From positions 672,001 through 736,000 of the forward strand of contig CBDCWG010000012.1 in the NCBI GenBank assembly GCA_965223345.1: a stretch of 64,000 bases of DNA, in the 5' to 3' direction. A program made the translations under genes and the position numbers. A model generated the notes under the pieces. The model did not search any database, was not told the DNA's origin, and worked only from the letters and a program-made list of their open reading frames with translations. Source of the DNA: Nitrospinales bacterium (GTDB taxonomy: Bacteria; Nitrospinota; Nitrospinia; Nitrospinales; VA-1). Positions within the stretch are counted from its first letter, which is position 1, and each line of letters starts with the position of its first letter. Positions 29,873-39,537 of this stretch are shown in pieces.

Positions 29873-30466
29873 TCAATGACCTCCAACACCGCTGACGCCG
29901 ATAGTGGCTGAAGTGCCGATTGCGCGGATGCTGTTATGCAGATCGCCAATGAACTCCATAGCGAATCCGGTGGTGGTCGATTCGATGACAACCGACCCCC
30001 AAAACATCAATGTGGTCACATCCCGGAACCCGTCACCGTCATTGGAGCTGGGTTTCACTCCTGGATTGGTAGCGACAGGCTCGATGAGTAAGTGACCGTG
30101 CTTGAAATCGGTGGATCCTGCGATGAATTGCGCCGTGGGAATATTGGTGGGATTGAATGTGGGGTCGTTGGTGCCCACAATGAATACTCGTTCTGTGCTG
30201 CCTGATGAAATCGTAAACGATATTGCCGTGCCAAATGTCGATTGATCATTTTGAATAGCGCTGAGGGTCAAACCGATCTGGGAAGCCATGTTCGATAGGG
30301 AAGGATGGGAAACGGCAATGAAGGAATAGGACGTGCTGTCCGATTGCCAATAGGGGGAGATGACACTTTGGCTGTTATCAGCAGCAGCTACCTGTTTTGT
30401 CCCGACCGCAGAAAAAACCAACAATACGAATGCAGTAAAAATCTGCTTCAATGGTTCGGTTTTCAT
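29873..30466 (-). CDS. Secreted Ser/Thr-rich protein of unknown family, paralog A2
   Basis: Signal peptide; 197 aa; SPYWQSDSTSYSFIAVSHPSL...TGFAMEFIGD. Confidence 0.9.
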   Translation of the reverse strand: MKTEPLKQIFTAFVLLVFSAVGTKQVAAADNSQSVISPYWQSDSTSYSFIAVSHPSLSNMASQIGLTLSAIQNDQSTFGTAISFTISSGSTERVFIVGTNDPTFNPTNIPTAQFIAGSTDFKHGHLLIEPVATNPGVKPSSNDGDGFRDVTTLMFWGSVVIESTTTGFAMEFIGDLHNSIRAIGTSATIGVSGVGGH

Positions 30467-30563
30467 TTTATTGCTCCGAATTTTTTGAATTGTGGGGTAG
30501 AGGCGGCAAGCTGGATTATTTTGGAGTTTAATCTTAAATTGGCATGAATGACCGGGGTGGATT

Positions 30564-31067
30564 TCAGATAGGTCCGTTTTTTATGATTGTATTTTCCTCG
30601 GGTTTGTTCATGCCTTCCGGTAATATTGTGTGCGCGTCGCAACGGGTTGTATCGATTTGTTTGCGAGTCAAGCCGGAAGCCATTTTTAAATTTGCGCCTC
30701 GCAAGTCTGTGGACTGAAGATTCGCTTCGTGTAAATCCGCTCGCTTCAGGTTGGCCCCTTGCAGGTTGGCTCCTTGAAGGTTCGCCCAGCGTAAATTTGC
30801 ACCCCGCAAATTAGCCTCCTGTAGGTTGCAGTTTTCCAGGTCGGATTTTTTCAGATAGGCTCCATATAGGAAAGCTCCTTGAAAACAGGCTTGCCTCAAT
30901 AAAGCTCCCATAAAGACCGCACCTTTCAGGTTTGCCTTTTTAAAGTTTGCTTTTTCCCCTTCCCTTCCATCCGACTCAATCCATCGCTTGTGATTTTCGA
31001 GACGCGATTTGATTTCGTCTTTGGAAAGTTCTATTCGCTCTGTATTCTGCTTGGATTCGGTAGACAT
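30564..31067 (-). CDS. Pentapeptide repeat protein
   Basis: A(N/D)Lxx repeats after HKRWIESDGREGEKA. Confidence 0.9.
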   Translation of the reverse strand: MSTESKQNTERIELSKDEIKSRLENHKRWIESDGREGEKANFKKANLKGAVFMGALLRQACFQGAFLYGAYLKKSDLENCNLQEANLRGANLRWANLQGANLQGANLKRADLHEANLQSTDLRGANLKMASGLTRKQIDTTRCDAHTILPEGMNKPEENTIIKNGPI

Positions 31068-31196
31068 CGTGAAGAGCTCTTGTGTTTGAAATATTGGCGA
31101 TCATCTTACCATGAGCGAATCACGAAGAAAAAGAACCCTTGAGATAACCCCGGGCGGTATCAAAGTGGCAATACTGGTTCATTGAAATTTTCAGAC

Positions 31197-32042
31197 TCAA
31201 GAAGCTTCGATTTGGGACAGCAATTTCAGAAATTTGATATTTTGCGGATCGGTTTTGAGCGCTTGCCCCAGGGATTGCCGCGCCGATTCTTTTTCATTCT
31301 GATCCAGTAAAAGCAACGCCATCTGGTAATGCGCTTCTGGATAATAGGGATTGATTTTTATGGAGTTTTGGAAAGATTCCAGTGCCATAGCGTCCTGGTT
31401 GCGGTCCCGGTACAGGATTCCCAGATTGAAGTGGGTGAGCATGCCTTTGGGATCGGCAGACAGAGATTTTTTCAGGATTTCCTCTGCCTGGCTCAGGTCT
31501 CCCTGCAGTCTTAAAGAGTCTGCCAGATTGTTGAGGTACGTGGAGTTTGCGGGATCCTGTTTCACGGCCGTCCGATAGTACTGGATGGCTTTGGGGTAAT
31601 CTTTTTGTTCTTTGTGCAGGTTTCCGATGTTGTTGTGCGCTTTGGCGTCCTGATCCCCTTCTTTCAAATCGATGGCTTGCTGCCATTGCTTTTTTGCCAG
31701 CTCTTTGTTGCCCTTGGCGTAGTGCACCATGCCCAGATTGATATGCAGTTGGACGTTTTCCGGATCCTTCGCCAAAACGGCTTCAAAGGCTTGTTCTGCC
31801 TGGTCGTACTGCTTGAGGCCGAAATGAACCAGACCTTTTTTTCGTTGCGCTTTGAGATTTTCGGGATTGTGCTTGAGGGCGAGTTTGAATTCTTCCAATG
31901 AGTTTTTGTACAGAGCGTGTTTGGCGAAGTCTAGGCCCAGCCGGTAATGTTCTTCCGATTGAGCCGGATTGATGGAAACGTCGTTGGAAGTGCAGGAGGA
32001 AAGAATAACAAGCAGTGCAGAAAAAAGGAGGGTCTGTTTCAT
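31197..32042 (-). CDS. TPR-repeat lipoprotein
   Basis: Lipobox LSSC followed by about seven TPR motifs (HYRLG, HINLG, HNNIG, LNNLA, HFNLG, HYQMA). Confidence 0.9.
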   Translation of the reverse strand: MKQTLLFSALLVILSSCTSNDVSINPAQSEEHYRLGLDFAKHALYKNSLEEFKLALKHNPENLKAQRKKGLVHFGLKQYDQAEQAFEAVLAKDPENVQLHINLGMVHYAKGNKELAKKQWQQAIDLKEGDQDAKAHNNIGNLHKEQKDYPKAIQYYRTAVKQDPANSTYLNNLADSLRLQGDLSQAEEILKKSLSADPKGMLTHFNLGILYRDRNQDAMALESFQNSIKINPYYPEAHYQMALLLLDQNEKESARQSLGQALKTDPQNIKFLKLLSQIEAS

Positions 32043-32063
32043 GATTCAGTCCGTTGAAAAGTG

Positions 32064-32096
32064 AAAAAAAAGGGGCCAACCATCCTGGTTGGCCCC
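32064..32096 (-). terminator. Intrinsic terminator after the A1-B1 gene pair
   Basis: Minus strand GGGGCCAACCA-GGA-TGGTTGGCCCC followed by T8. Confidence 0.9.
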
Positions 32097-32122
32097 GACA
32101 AAAGAGTGAAACTAAAAAAACA

Positions 32123-32764
32123 TCAGTTGATGCCGCGGCCGGAGCCTGTGAAGTTGGTGTCGGCATCGGGAACTGCCCCAGATGCCGCAGTGGAGTCATG
32201 CGCATCACCGATGAACTCCATGGCGAATCCCGTTCCGCTTGAGGGAATGAACACGACCCCCCACATATTGAGCTGGGAGAGGTTGTCGTATTTGAGTGTT
32301 GAACCGACAGTGGTCGCCGTGCCGGGTGCTTCATTGATGCCTACGATCCTCACGTTTCCGAATTGGGCCGAATCCACAGTGGTGATGAGATGCGTGCGGG
32401 AGTCGGTGAAGTTGGAATTGGAGGAATTGATCGAGGTATTGGATTGATCGACGACGAAAATCCGGTGGGTTTCGCCGGCATCGATCGTGAAGCTGGTTGA
32501 CCTGCCTGCTGCGTTATTGGGGACGGTGGTCATATCCAGCACTTCCAGTACCAGACCGATCTGAGTCAATGCGGTGTCCAGCGAAGGGTGGCTGATGCCG
32601 ATGAAGGTGTAACTGTCGTTGGGCACCACCTGGGCGTAGGGTGAGATGGCTACCCGGGCACTGTCGGTTGTATTCGGTGCCGATAATACCTGAGCCTGTG
32701 CGATTCCGGCGAATGCCGCAAACCCCAGCAGGGCGAGCATACTGGTAGTGAAAAATTTTCTCAT
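32123..32764 (-). CDS. Secreted Ser/Thr-rich protein of unknown family, paralog B1
   Basis: ATG at 32764 with AAGGAGA RBS; signal peptide (AQA cleavage); 213 aa, colinear with B2. Confidence 0.9.
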   Translation of the reverse strand: MRKFFTTSMLALLGFAAFAGIAQAQVLSAPNTTDSARVAISPYAQVVPNDSYTFIGISHPSLDTALTQIGLVLEVLDMTTVPNNAAGRSTSFTIDAGETHRIFVVDQSNTSINSSNSNFTDSRTHLITTVDSAQFGNVRIVGINEAPGTATTVGSTLKYDNLSQLNMWGVVFIPSSGTGFAMEFIGDAHDSTAASGAVPDADTNFTGSGRGIN

Positions 32765-32839
32765 CGGTCGTTCTCCTTTATCCTTAAATATATGCAGAGT
32801 CCCGCATATTTGAGTTTGGTTTCGTTCCATATTTAGCTT

Positions 32840-33433
32840 TTACGGTGCACCCACACCACTGACGCCGGTAGAAGCTGATGCGCCGAACGAACGCATGCTG
32901 TCATGCGCATCGCCGATGAATTCCATGGCAAAGCCTGTGGTGTTGGTTTCGATGACCACCGCTCCCCAGTAAGACAGCATGGTGACGTCTCTGAACCCAT
33001 CGCCATCGGTGGTTCCGGTTTTGAATCCCGGAGTCGTGGCCACAGGATCGATACGCACATGGCCGTGCTGGAAGTCGGTACTGCCTGCAATGAAGTTGGC
33101 TGTGGAGATGTTCGTGGGGTTGATGGTGGAATCGTTGGTTCCGACGATGAACACTCTTTGTGTATTGCCAGCAGAAACTGTAAAACTGGTGGCCGAACCG
33201 AAGGTTCCCTGGTCGTTTTCTATGGCGGTCACCGTCACACCGATCGCTGATGCCATACCGGAAAGGGATGGGTGCGTTACTGCGATGAAGGAATAAGAGG
33301 TGCTATCAGATTGCCAATAAGGTGAGACGACACGACTTTTGTTTTCTATGGCGATCGCATTTTCCGCGCTCATCGCAAAGAATGCCAAAATCGCGAGGGC
33401 CGGGAAAATCCGCGTAATGAGCTTGGTTTTCAT
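32840..33433 (-). CDS. Secreted Ser/Thr-rich protein of unknown family, paralog A1
   Basis: AGGAG RBS; signal peptide (AIA cleavage); 197 aa, colinear with A2. Confidence 0.9.
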   Translation of the reverse strand: MKTKLITRIFPALAILAFFAMSAENAIAIENKSRVVSPYWQSDSTSYSFIAVTHPSLSGMASAIGVTVTAIENDQGTFGSATSFTVSAGNTQRVFIVGTNDSTINPTNISTANFIAGSTDFQHGHVRIDPVATTPGFKTGTTDGDGFRDVTMLSYWGAVVIETNTTGFAMEFIGDAHDSMRSFGASASTGVSGVGAP

Positions 33434-33957
33434 TATGTTTGACTCCTATATATTCAAAGTGAAATTGGTTGCTTGATTTGGCGTTTTGCTGCGATTTCGG
33501 TTTTGGCGTTCACCCCCTTCCGGTTCGATTCGTCATTGTTCCGCATTAAAACGGCCTTTATGATTTGTTCTCAAAAAGCCGGGAAATATAATTTTCATAA
33601 TGCTTTATAGCTCCAATAAATCCCCGCCATTTTAATAAATTTGTTAAAACTATATATCAACAATGTATTATAATCTAAATCTTTGACGATTTTTATTAAA
33701 ATCGTTGGATTTTCGTGGATTGAGGCGCATTGAGCGTTCCCGGTGTCCTCTTCAAGGCAGTAAAAAGGGGAGGAACACAACCCACCAATAAGGGTATCGG
33801 AAGAGTTCTTGTTTTCTTGAGCTTTATGAAAGGAACGCTCATAGATGCGGGAAAGGGAAATTCGTCCAAACCTGCAAGGTTTTATTGTGAAATTTGTCGC
33901 ATTTTGTTATAATTTTTATTATCAAAAAGTTCCTAACTAAATGAAAGTTAATTAGTT

Positions 33958-34755
33958 ATGAGATATAAGACGTCTAAGTCGCCCAGGCAGGGTTTTTGGA
34001 GAGGCGGGTTGTATGCGCTTATTTTAGCGGGATTTTTATCCGGTTGCGCTTCCGCGGAAAAGGGCGCAAACGATGAAAAAGCCTTGGCTCAAGCCAAGTT
34101 TCAGGAGGGGTTGGAGCAGGGGGCCTTGAACAACCGCCAGGAAATGATCGCGCGATTTCAGGAGGCAGTGGACCTGGATCCACAAAACGATCGCTACCGG
34201 CTGCATCTTGGAACCGCTTTTTTTCTTGCCGGGGATCTCGAGCGTTCGGAACAGGAGCTGCAGCACACTCTCAAGATCAACAAAAATTCGAAAGACGCGT
34301 ACCGGCAACTGGGCCGGCTTTACATGCAGAAAGAGGACTGGGCGCGTGCGGTGAAGTATTTCAATGAGGATCTCAAGCGGCCCGGAACACCGCTGCCGCA
34401 CCGGGTCTACAATTGGCTGGCTTTGAGCTATTACAATCAGGGGAAATTTGAAGACGCGGAAAGGGTGTGGCTCAAAGCAATCGATCTCAAAGACAACGCC
34501 GCGATCCGTCTCAACCTGGCCCTGGCTTACAAGGACCGGGAGAAATTCGACGAAGCGTTGGTGTCCCTTAAAAGAGCGGTTTCTCTCAATCCGCAATTTC
34601 CGCAGGCCCATTACGAATTGTCGCAGCTGCTCATCCGCAACAAACAGATGGAAGAGGCGATCAAACATTTTCAGGAAGTCATTCGGCTGGCGCCGGGCAG
34701 TGAATGGTCCCAGCTTTCCAAGGAATATTTAGAATTGATTCGAGGATCGAAATAA
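33958..34755 (+). CDS. TPR lipoprotein, PilF/PilW-like pilotin
   Basis: Lipobox LSGC and TPR repeats; position directly upstream of rodZ matches the common pilF-rodZ arrangement. Confidence 0.75.
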   Translation: MRYKTSKSPRQGFWRGGLYALILAGFLSGCASAEKGANDEKALAQAKFQEGLEQGALNNRQEMIARFQEAVDLDPQNDRYRLHLGTAFFLAGDLERSEQELQHTLKINKNSKDAYRQLGRLYMQKEDWARAVKYFNEDLKRPGTPLPHRVYNWLALSYYNQGKFEDAERVWLKAIDLKDNAAIRLNLALAYKDREKFDEALVSLKRAVSLNPQFPQAHYELSQLLIRNKQMEEAIKHFQEVIRLAPGSEWSQLSKEYLELIRGSK

Positions 34756-34760
34756 GCGTC

Positions 34761-36119
34761 ATGGTGGATAATTTCGGACAATTTTTAAAGCACGAAAGAG
34801 AGCTTCGCGGTGTTCCTCTCGAGGAGATCGCCGGAGCGACCAAGATTCATATCCGTTTCCTGCAGGCTCTGGAGGACAACCAGTTCGATGCGCTGCCGGG
34901 GGAGGTCTTTGTCAAAGGGTATCTCCGGTCGTATGCGAAAGCGATCGGTTACGACGCTCAGGACCTGTTGCGGGCCTACGACAACTTTTTGGGTAAAAGC
35001 CAAACCGGGGCGCAGGCCGAGGCGTCCCCTTCCAGGAGAAAAAAAGCGGCGCCGAAACCGTGGATGATCGGCGGAGCTTTGGCTGCGGGCGTGGCGCTGG
35101 CTTTCATGATGTTTGCGAGGACCGGCGAGGATGACAAGCAGGAAGCGGCCGATTCTTCACCGGCCGTGATGGCGGAAAACACGGCTAACGATGCGGTTGA
35201 ATCCCCTCCGGTTTTGACCCTCAAAGAAAAAATTCTGGAAACCGTCGATGAAAAGCCGGATGCCTCACCAAAAAAAAGTCAGCCAAAGCAAGCCGAGAAA
35301 AAGAAAGCCGAGAAAGCGGTGAAAAAAAACGCGGCCCCCGAGGTGAAAGAACCGAAGCCGAAAGAGGCCACGGCTCAAAAACCGGATTCCGGTAAGACGC
35401 TCGTGAAGAAAAAAGCGGAGGTCGCCGCAGCCCCGCAACCAAAGACGAAGCCGGAAAAAAAACAGGACCTGAAAGCACAGGAAAAAAAAGATCCTGAGCC
35501 GAAAAAGCAGCCGGTCGAGAAGAAGGCCGAACCGCAGAAAAAGGCGGAGCCCAAGCCCGCAGAACTCAATACGGCGGCCCTCAAACCTCCGCAAGAACTC
35601 CAGGTGATTCGGCAGGCCGAAGAAAAAGTGACGGCGCCCATCAAGAATCCCGCCTCCTCCCCGGTCGCCGGGCAGGATGAGACCGAATCCTCTGTGAAAG
35701 CGCCGGTGTCGGACCCGGAGCCGGAAAACACCCCTCCAGAAACCCCGATAGAATCGCAAGTAACGGAAAAAAATTCCGATTCGGATGAAAAAGAGGTTAT
35801 AATTCAATCTGTTGCAGATAATTTCGCCGTCGTAGGCTCCGTCGCGGAAGCACCGGAAATCGAGGAAAAATCTTTGCATTTGATCATTCAGGTGCAGGGC
35901 AATTCCTGGTTCAATCTGGCGGTGGACGGCAAGCCGGAGGAGGATTTCATCCTTCCTGGGGGAACTTCAAAAAGCTTTTACGGGAACGATAAATTCCGTG
36001 TGACGATAGGCAACCGGCGCGGGACCCAGTTGTTTTTGAACGGTCAGGCGCTGGATATCCCGTCGAGTTCGGGCGATGTCGTGCGGGATTTCGAAATCAC
36101 ATCCCAATTCCTGGAATGA
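34761..36119 (+). CDS. rodZ: Cytoskeleton protein RodZ (HTH, TM, long Lys/Pro/Glu linker, DUF4115)
   Basis: GQFLKHERELRGVPLEEIA..TKI...LQALE...LPGEVFVKGYLRSYA, one TM helix, C-terminal SWFNLAVDG...IGNRRG...LNG. Confidence 0.88.
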   Translation: MVDNFGQFLKHERELRGVPLEEIAGATKIHIRFLQALEDNQFDALPGEVFVKGYLRSYAKAIGYDAQDLLRAYDNFLGKSQTGAQAEASPSRRKKAAPKPWMIGGALAAGVALAFMMFARTGEDDKQEAADSSPAVMAENTANDAVESPPVLTLKEKILETVDEKPDASPKKSQPKQAEKKKAEKAVKKNAAPEVKEPKPKEATAQKPDSGKTLVKKKAEVAAAPQPKTKPEKKQDLKAQEKKDPEPKKQPVEKKAEPQKKAEPKPAELNTAALKPPQELQVIRQAEEKVTAPIKNPASSPVAGQDETESSVKAPVSDPEPENTPPETPIESQVTEKNSDSDEKEVIIQSVADNFAVVGSVAEAPEIEEKSLHLIIQVQGNSWFNLAVDGKPEEDFILPGGTSKSFYGNDKFRVTIGNRRGTQLFLNGQALDIPSSSGDVVRDFEITSQFLE

Positions 36120-36122
36120 GAC

Positions 36123-37196
36123 ATGGCAAAAATCGACGCTTTTTTTAAGCTGATGAACGAGCAGGGCGCCTCGGACTTGCACCTGGTTGCGGGCTCGCAG
36201 CCGGTGCTGCGCGTGCATGGCGACATGGAGCGGGTCAAATACAAGGTCTTCGGCAACGACGACTTGAAGTCGATTCTCTACGAGATCGCGCCGGAAGACA
36301 AGATCAAGCTCTTCGAAGAGACCGGCGACATCGACTTCGCCTACGAGATTCCCAACCTGGCCCGCTACCGCGCCAACTATTTTCAGCAGAAATGGGGCAT
36401 CGGCGCGGTGTTCCGGGAAATTCCGAGTGAAATCCTCACCGCCGAACAGTTGGGGCTGCCCTCGGTCATCACCAAACTGTCGATGCTGCACAAGGGGATG
36501 GTGCTGGTCACCGGGCCGACCGGTTCCGGCAAGTCCACCACACTGGCGTCGATGATCGATTTCATCAACAAAAATAAAAAGAGCCATATCATCACCATCG
36601 AAGATCCGGTGGAATTCGTGCATAAAAACCAGAACTGTATCATCAACCACCGGGAAGTCGGGATTCACACCCAGGGTTTCAAATCGGCGCTCAGAGGCGC
36701 GCTGCGTGAAGATCCGGACATCATCCTGGTCGGTGAGATGCGGGATCTGGAAACGATCGAGCTGGCATTGGAAGCGGCTTCCACCGGCCATCTGGTGTTC
36801 GGAACCCTGCATACCCAAAGCGCGGCCAAAACCATCGACCGTGTGATCGACGTGTTTCCGGCGCATCAGCAGCCGCAGATTCGGACCACCCTTTCGGAGA
36901 CGCTCAAGGGGGTCGTGGCGCAGAACCTGTTCAAGCGGATCGATAAAAAGGGCCGCATGGCGGTGCTGGAAGTGCTGGTCGTGACGCCTGCGGTTTCGAA
37001 CCTGATCCGCGAAGGAAAGACCTTTCAGATCCCCTCGGCGATTCAGACCGGAAAGAAATACGGAATGCAGTCGATCGACGACGCGATTCTGGAAGCTTTG
37101 AACGGGAAAAAGATTAGCGCGGAAGACGCTTACGAAAAATCGATCGTCAAGGAGCGGTTCATTCCGTTCCTGAAGAAAACCCCTGAATTCATTTAA
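36123..37196 (+). CDS. pilT: Type IV pilus retraction ATPase PilT
   Basis: GASDLHL, VTGPTGSGKSTT, TIEDPVE, LREDPDIILVGEMRD and VSNLIRE (AIRNLIRE-like). Confidence 0.95.
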   Translation: MAKIDAFFKLMNEQGASDLHLVAGSQPVLRVHGDMERVKYKVFGNDDLKSILYEIAPEDKIKLFEETGDIDFAYEIPNLARYRANYFQQKWGIGAVFREIPSEILTAEQLGLPSVITKLSMLHKGMVLVTGPTGSGKSTTLASMIDFINKNKKSHIITIEDPVEFVHKNQNCIINHREVGIHTQGFKSALRGALREDPDIILVGEMRDLETIELALEAASTGHLVFGTLHTQSAAKTIDRVIDVFPAHQQPQIRTTLSETLKGVVAQNLFKRIDKKGRMAVLEVLVVTPAVSNLIREGKTFQIPSAIQTGKKYGMQSIDDAILEALNGKKISAEDAYEKSIVKERFIPFLKKTPEFI

Positions 37197-37208
37197 AGCG
37201 ACCTCAAC

Positions 37209-38378
37209 ATGAAAAAAGCCGAAATCGATCACATTCTGACTTCGATGCTGGAGTCGTACAGCAACATCTCCGACCTCAATGTCACGGCGGGAAAAGCGTT
37301 TCAGGTGGAATCCTCCGGCGAATTGACCGACGTTCCCCTGGTGCCGCCCATTCCGGAGATCACGCCGTTTCAGGCGGAAGTGTTCGCGCTCAATCTCATC
37401 AATTCCGACCGCAGGCTGACCGAAACGCTGATCCGGGAAGGTTCCTGCGACTGCTCCTATTTCCTGGTGGGCAAGGTCCGTTTCCGTGTGAATATTTTCT
37501 CGCAGCGGGGGCACTACAGCATCGTGATGCGAAAACTGGAAACGCGCATCCCCTCAATCGAGGATCTGAATCATCCGCCGCAGTTTGCCAAGGCCGCGGA
37601 CGAAAAGAACGGGCTGATTCTGGTCACGGGAGCCACGGGTTCCGGTAAGTCCACCACGCTGGCTTCGCTGCTCAACAAGATCAACGCCGAAAAATCGATC
37701 CACATCATCACTCTGGAAGATCCGGTGGAATTTGTGCACCCGCACAAGAAATCGACGTTCAACCAGCGGGAGCTGGGGAGCGATTTCGACGTGTTTTCCA
37801 CGGGGCTTCGCGCCGCACTGCGGCAGGCGCCGAAAGTCATTCTGGTGGGTGAGATGCGCGACCGGGAAACGGTGGAGATCGGCATGAGCGCCGCGGAAAC
37901 CGGTCACCTTGTGATGAGCACTCTGCATACGGTTGACGCGGGACAGACGATCAACCGCATCGTGGGTATGTTCCCCAAAGAAGAAGAGCAGCAGATACGC
38001 ATCCGGCTGGCCGATTCGCTGCGCTGGATCATCTCGCAGCGGCTACTCCCAAAAGTAGGGGGCGGAAGGATTGCGCTGCTGGAAATCATGTCCACCAGTC
38101 TGCGCGTCAAGGACACCATCGTCAACGGAGAATCGGAAGGCAAGACGTTCTACGACATCATCTCGGAGGGGAAACCCTACGGCATGTGGACGTTCGATCA
38201 GCATATTCTGGAACTCTACAAAGAAGGCAAGATCACGGAAGAAACCGCCATGGCCTACGCTTCCAGAAAAGCCATCGTCGGACGCGGCATCGACACCTTC
38301 AAGGCCTCGAAAGGTGAAAAGACCACCGACATCGAGGAGCTGATCATGGACGAAGATTACGAAGAGCAGCTCAAGTAA
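37209..38378 (+). CDS. PilT/PilU family type IV pilus ATPase
   Basis: VTGATGSGKSTT, TLEDPVE, LRQAPKVILVGEMRD and TGHLVMSTLHT motifs; lacks AIRNLIRE. Confidence 0.93.
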   Translation: MKKAEIDHILTSMLESYSNISDLNVTAGKAFQVESSGELTDVPLVPPIPEITPFQAEVFALNLINSDRRLTETLIREGSCDCSYFLVGKVRFRVNIFSQRGHYSIVMRKLETRIPSIEDLNHPPQFAKAADEKNGLILVTGATGSGKSTTLASLLNKINAEKSIHIITLEDPVEFVHPHKKSTFNQRELGSDFDVFSTGLRAALRQAPKVILVGEMRDRETVEIGMSAAETGHLVMSTLHTVDAGQTINRIVGMFPKEEEQQIRIRLADSLRWIISQRLLPKVGGGRIALLEIMSTSLRVKDTIVNGESEGKTFYDIISEGKPYGMWTFDQHILELYKEGKITEETAMAYASRKAIVGRGIDTFKASKGEKTTDIEELIMDEDYEEQLK

Positions 38379-38402
38379 CCCGAATACGATTGAGGAGACG
38401 CG

Positions 38403-39098
38403 ATGATTGTCAAATGCACCGGGTGTGAGCAGGGCATCAACATTCCCGATGACAAAATGCCCAAGGGGCGGGCTTTTTCCATTTCCTGTCCCGGCTGCCG
38501 CGCCAAAGTGCGGGTGGACCCGCCGGAGCCGGAACCCGAAGCCACGGTGGATGTGTCTGTAGACACGACTCCCGAGCCCGAACCGGAAAAGCCGCAGGTG
38601 GAAGCTCCCGGAATCGTCCTGACTTCGGAGTTCGATGACGACGAAGAGGATGAACTGGTCATCTACGATGACAACGATCATCTGGCCCTGGTGTTGGATG
38701 AGACCCACATGACGGTTTGGACCGATGCGTTGGAGGAGCGGGGATTCAAGGTGCAAAAAGCGAAATCTCCGGACCATGCGGTTCATAAAATGAAATTCAC
38801 GCATTTTCACTTTGTGGTCCTGCATGAGAATTACGGGGGTGTTCCGTTTCAAAAAAATCCCGTCTATCAAACTCTGACGCAGATGGAGATGAGCATCCGC
38901 CGCAATATCTTTTTCGGGTTGATCGGATCGCAGTTTAAGACTTTGAACAACATGGAAGCGTACGCTCACAGTGTGAACGTGGTTATCAATGAAAAGGATC
39001 TGGACAAGCTGCCTCAAATCATAAAGAAATCGTATACGGAATATGAGGGGCTCTACAAGGTTTTCAAAGAATCCTTGCACGCCATGGGGAAAGCATGA
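38403..39098 (+). CDS. Zinc-ribbon protein with C-terminal receiver-like domain
   Basis: N-terminal CTGC...IPDDKMP...CPGC zinc ribbon, acidic/Pro linker, alpha/beta C-terminal domain. Confidence 0.8.
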   Translation: MIVKCTGCEQGINIPDDKMPKGRAFSISCPGCRAKVRVDPPEPEPEATVDVSVDTTPEPEPEKPQVEAPGIVLTSEFDDDEEDELVIYDDNDHLALVLDETHMTVWTDALEERGFKVQKAKSPDHAVHKMKFTHFHFVVLHENYGGVPFQKNPVYQTLTQMEMSIRRNIFFGLIGSQFKTLNNMEAYAHSVNVVINEKDLDKLPQIIKKSYTEYEGLYKVFKESLHAMGKA

Positions 39099-39505
39099 AT
39101 CTGCTTAGAGAAGCATCGATCGTCCAGCGTTTTTCCAACGGGGACGTCATCATTTCCGAAGGCATCATCAGCAACAATGCCTATATCGTGCTCACGGGCA
39201 AGGTCCGCATCACCAAGAAAATCGACAACAAGACCGTGGTGATCGGAACTTTGAGCGAAGGCAACGTGTTCGGGGAAATGGGGCTGATCTCCAATGCCGT
39301 TCGCAGTGCTTCGGTGACGGCTGTGGGAGAGGTGACGGTCGGTTTTATCGATAAGGAAAAATTCAGCCAGATCCTGGGCACCCTGCCTGAGGATTTGCGG
39401 GCGATCATCGAGGCTCTGGTGCATCGATTGCGCAGCACCACGGAGATGCTCACGAAAATCGGGTCGGAACTGGAAAACACCCGAAAAAGTCTTAAACCGA
39501 TGTGA
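39095..39505 (+). CDS. Stand-alone cyclic nucleotide-binding domain protein
   Basis: YIVLTGKVRI and FGEMGLISNAVRSASVTA motifs. Confidence 0.9.
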   Translation: MNLLREASIVQRFSNGDVIISEGIISNNAYIVLTGKVRITKKIDNKTVVIGTLSEGNVFGEMGLISNAVRSASVTAVGEVTVGFIDKEKFSQILGTLPEDLRAIIEALVHRLRSTTEMLTKIGSELENTRKSLKPM

Positions 39506-39537
39506 CTTGATTTCATACCGATATAAAGGAACTTCCC

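Noticed and set aside
35240..35800. A-rich low-complexity stretch
   Set aside because: Encodes the Lys/Pro/Glu-rich linker of RodZ; not a separate element.
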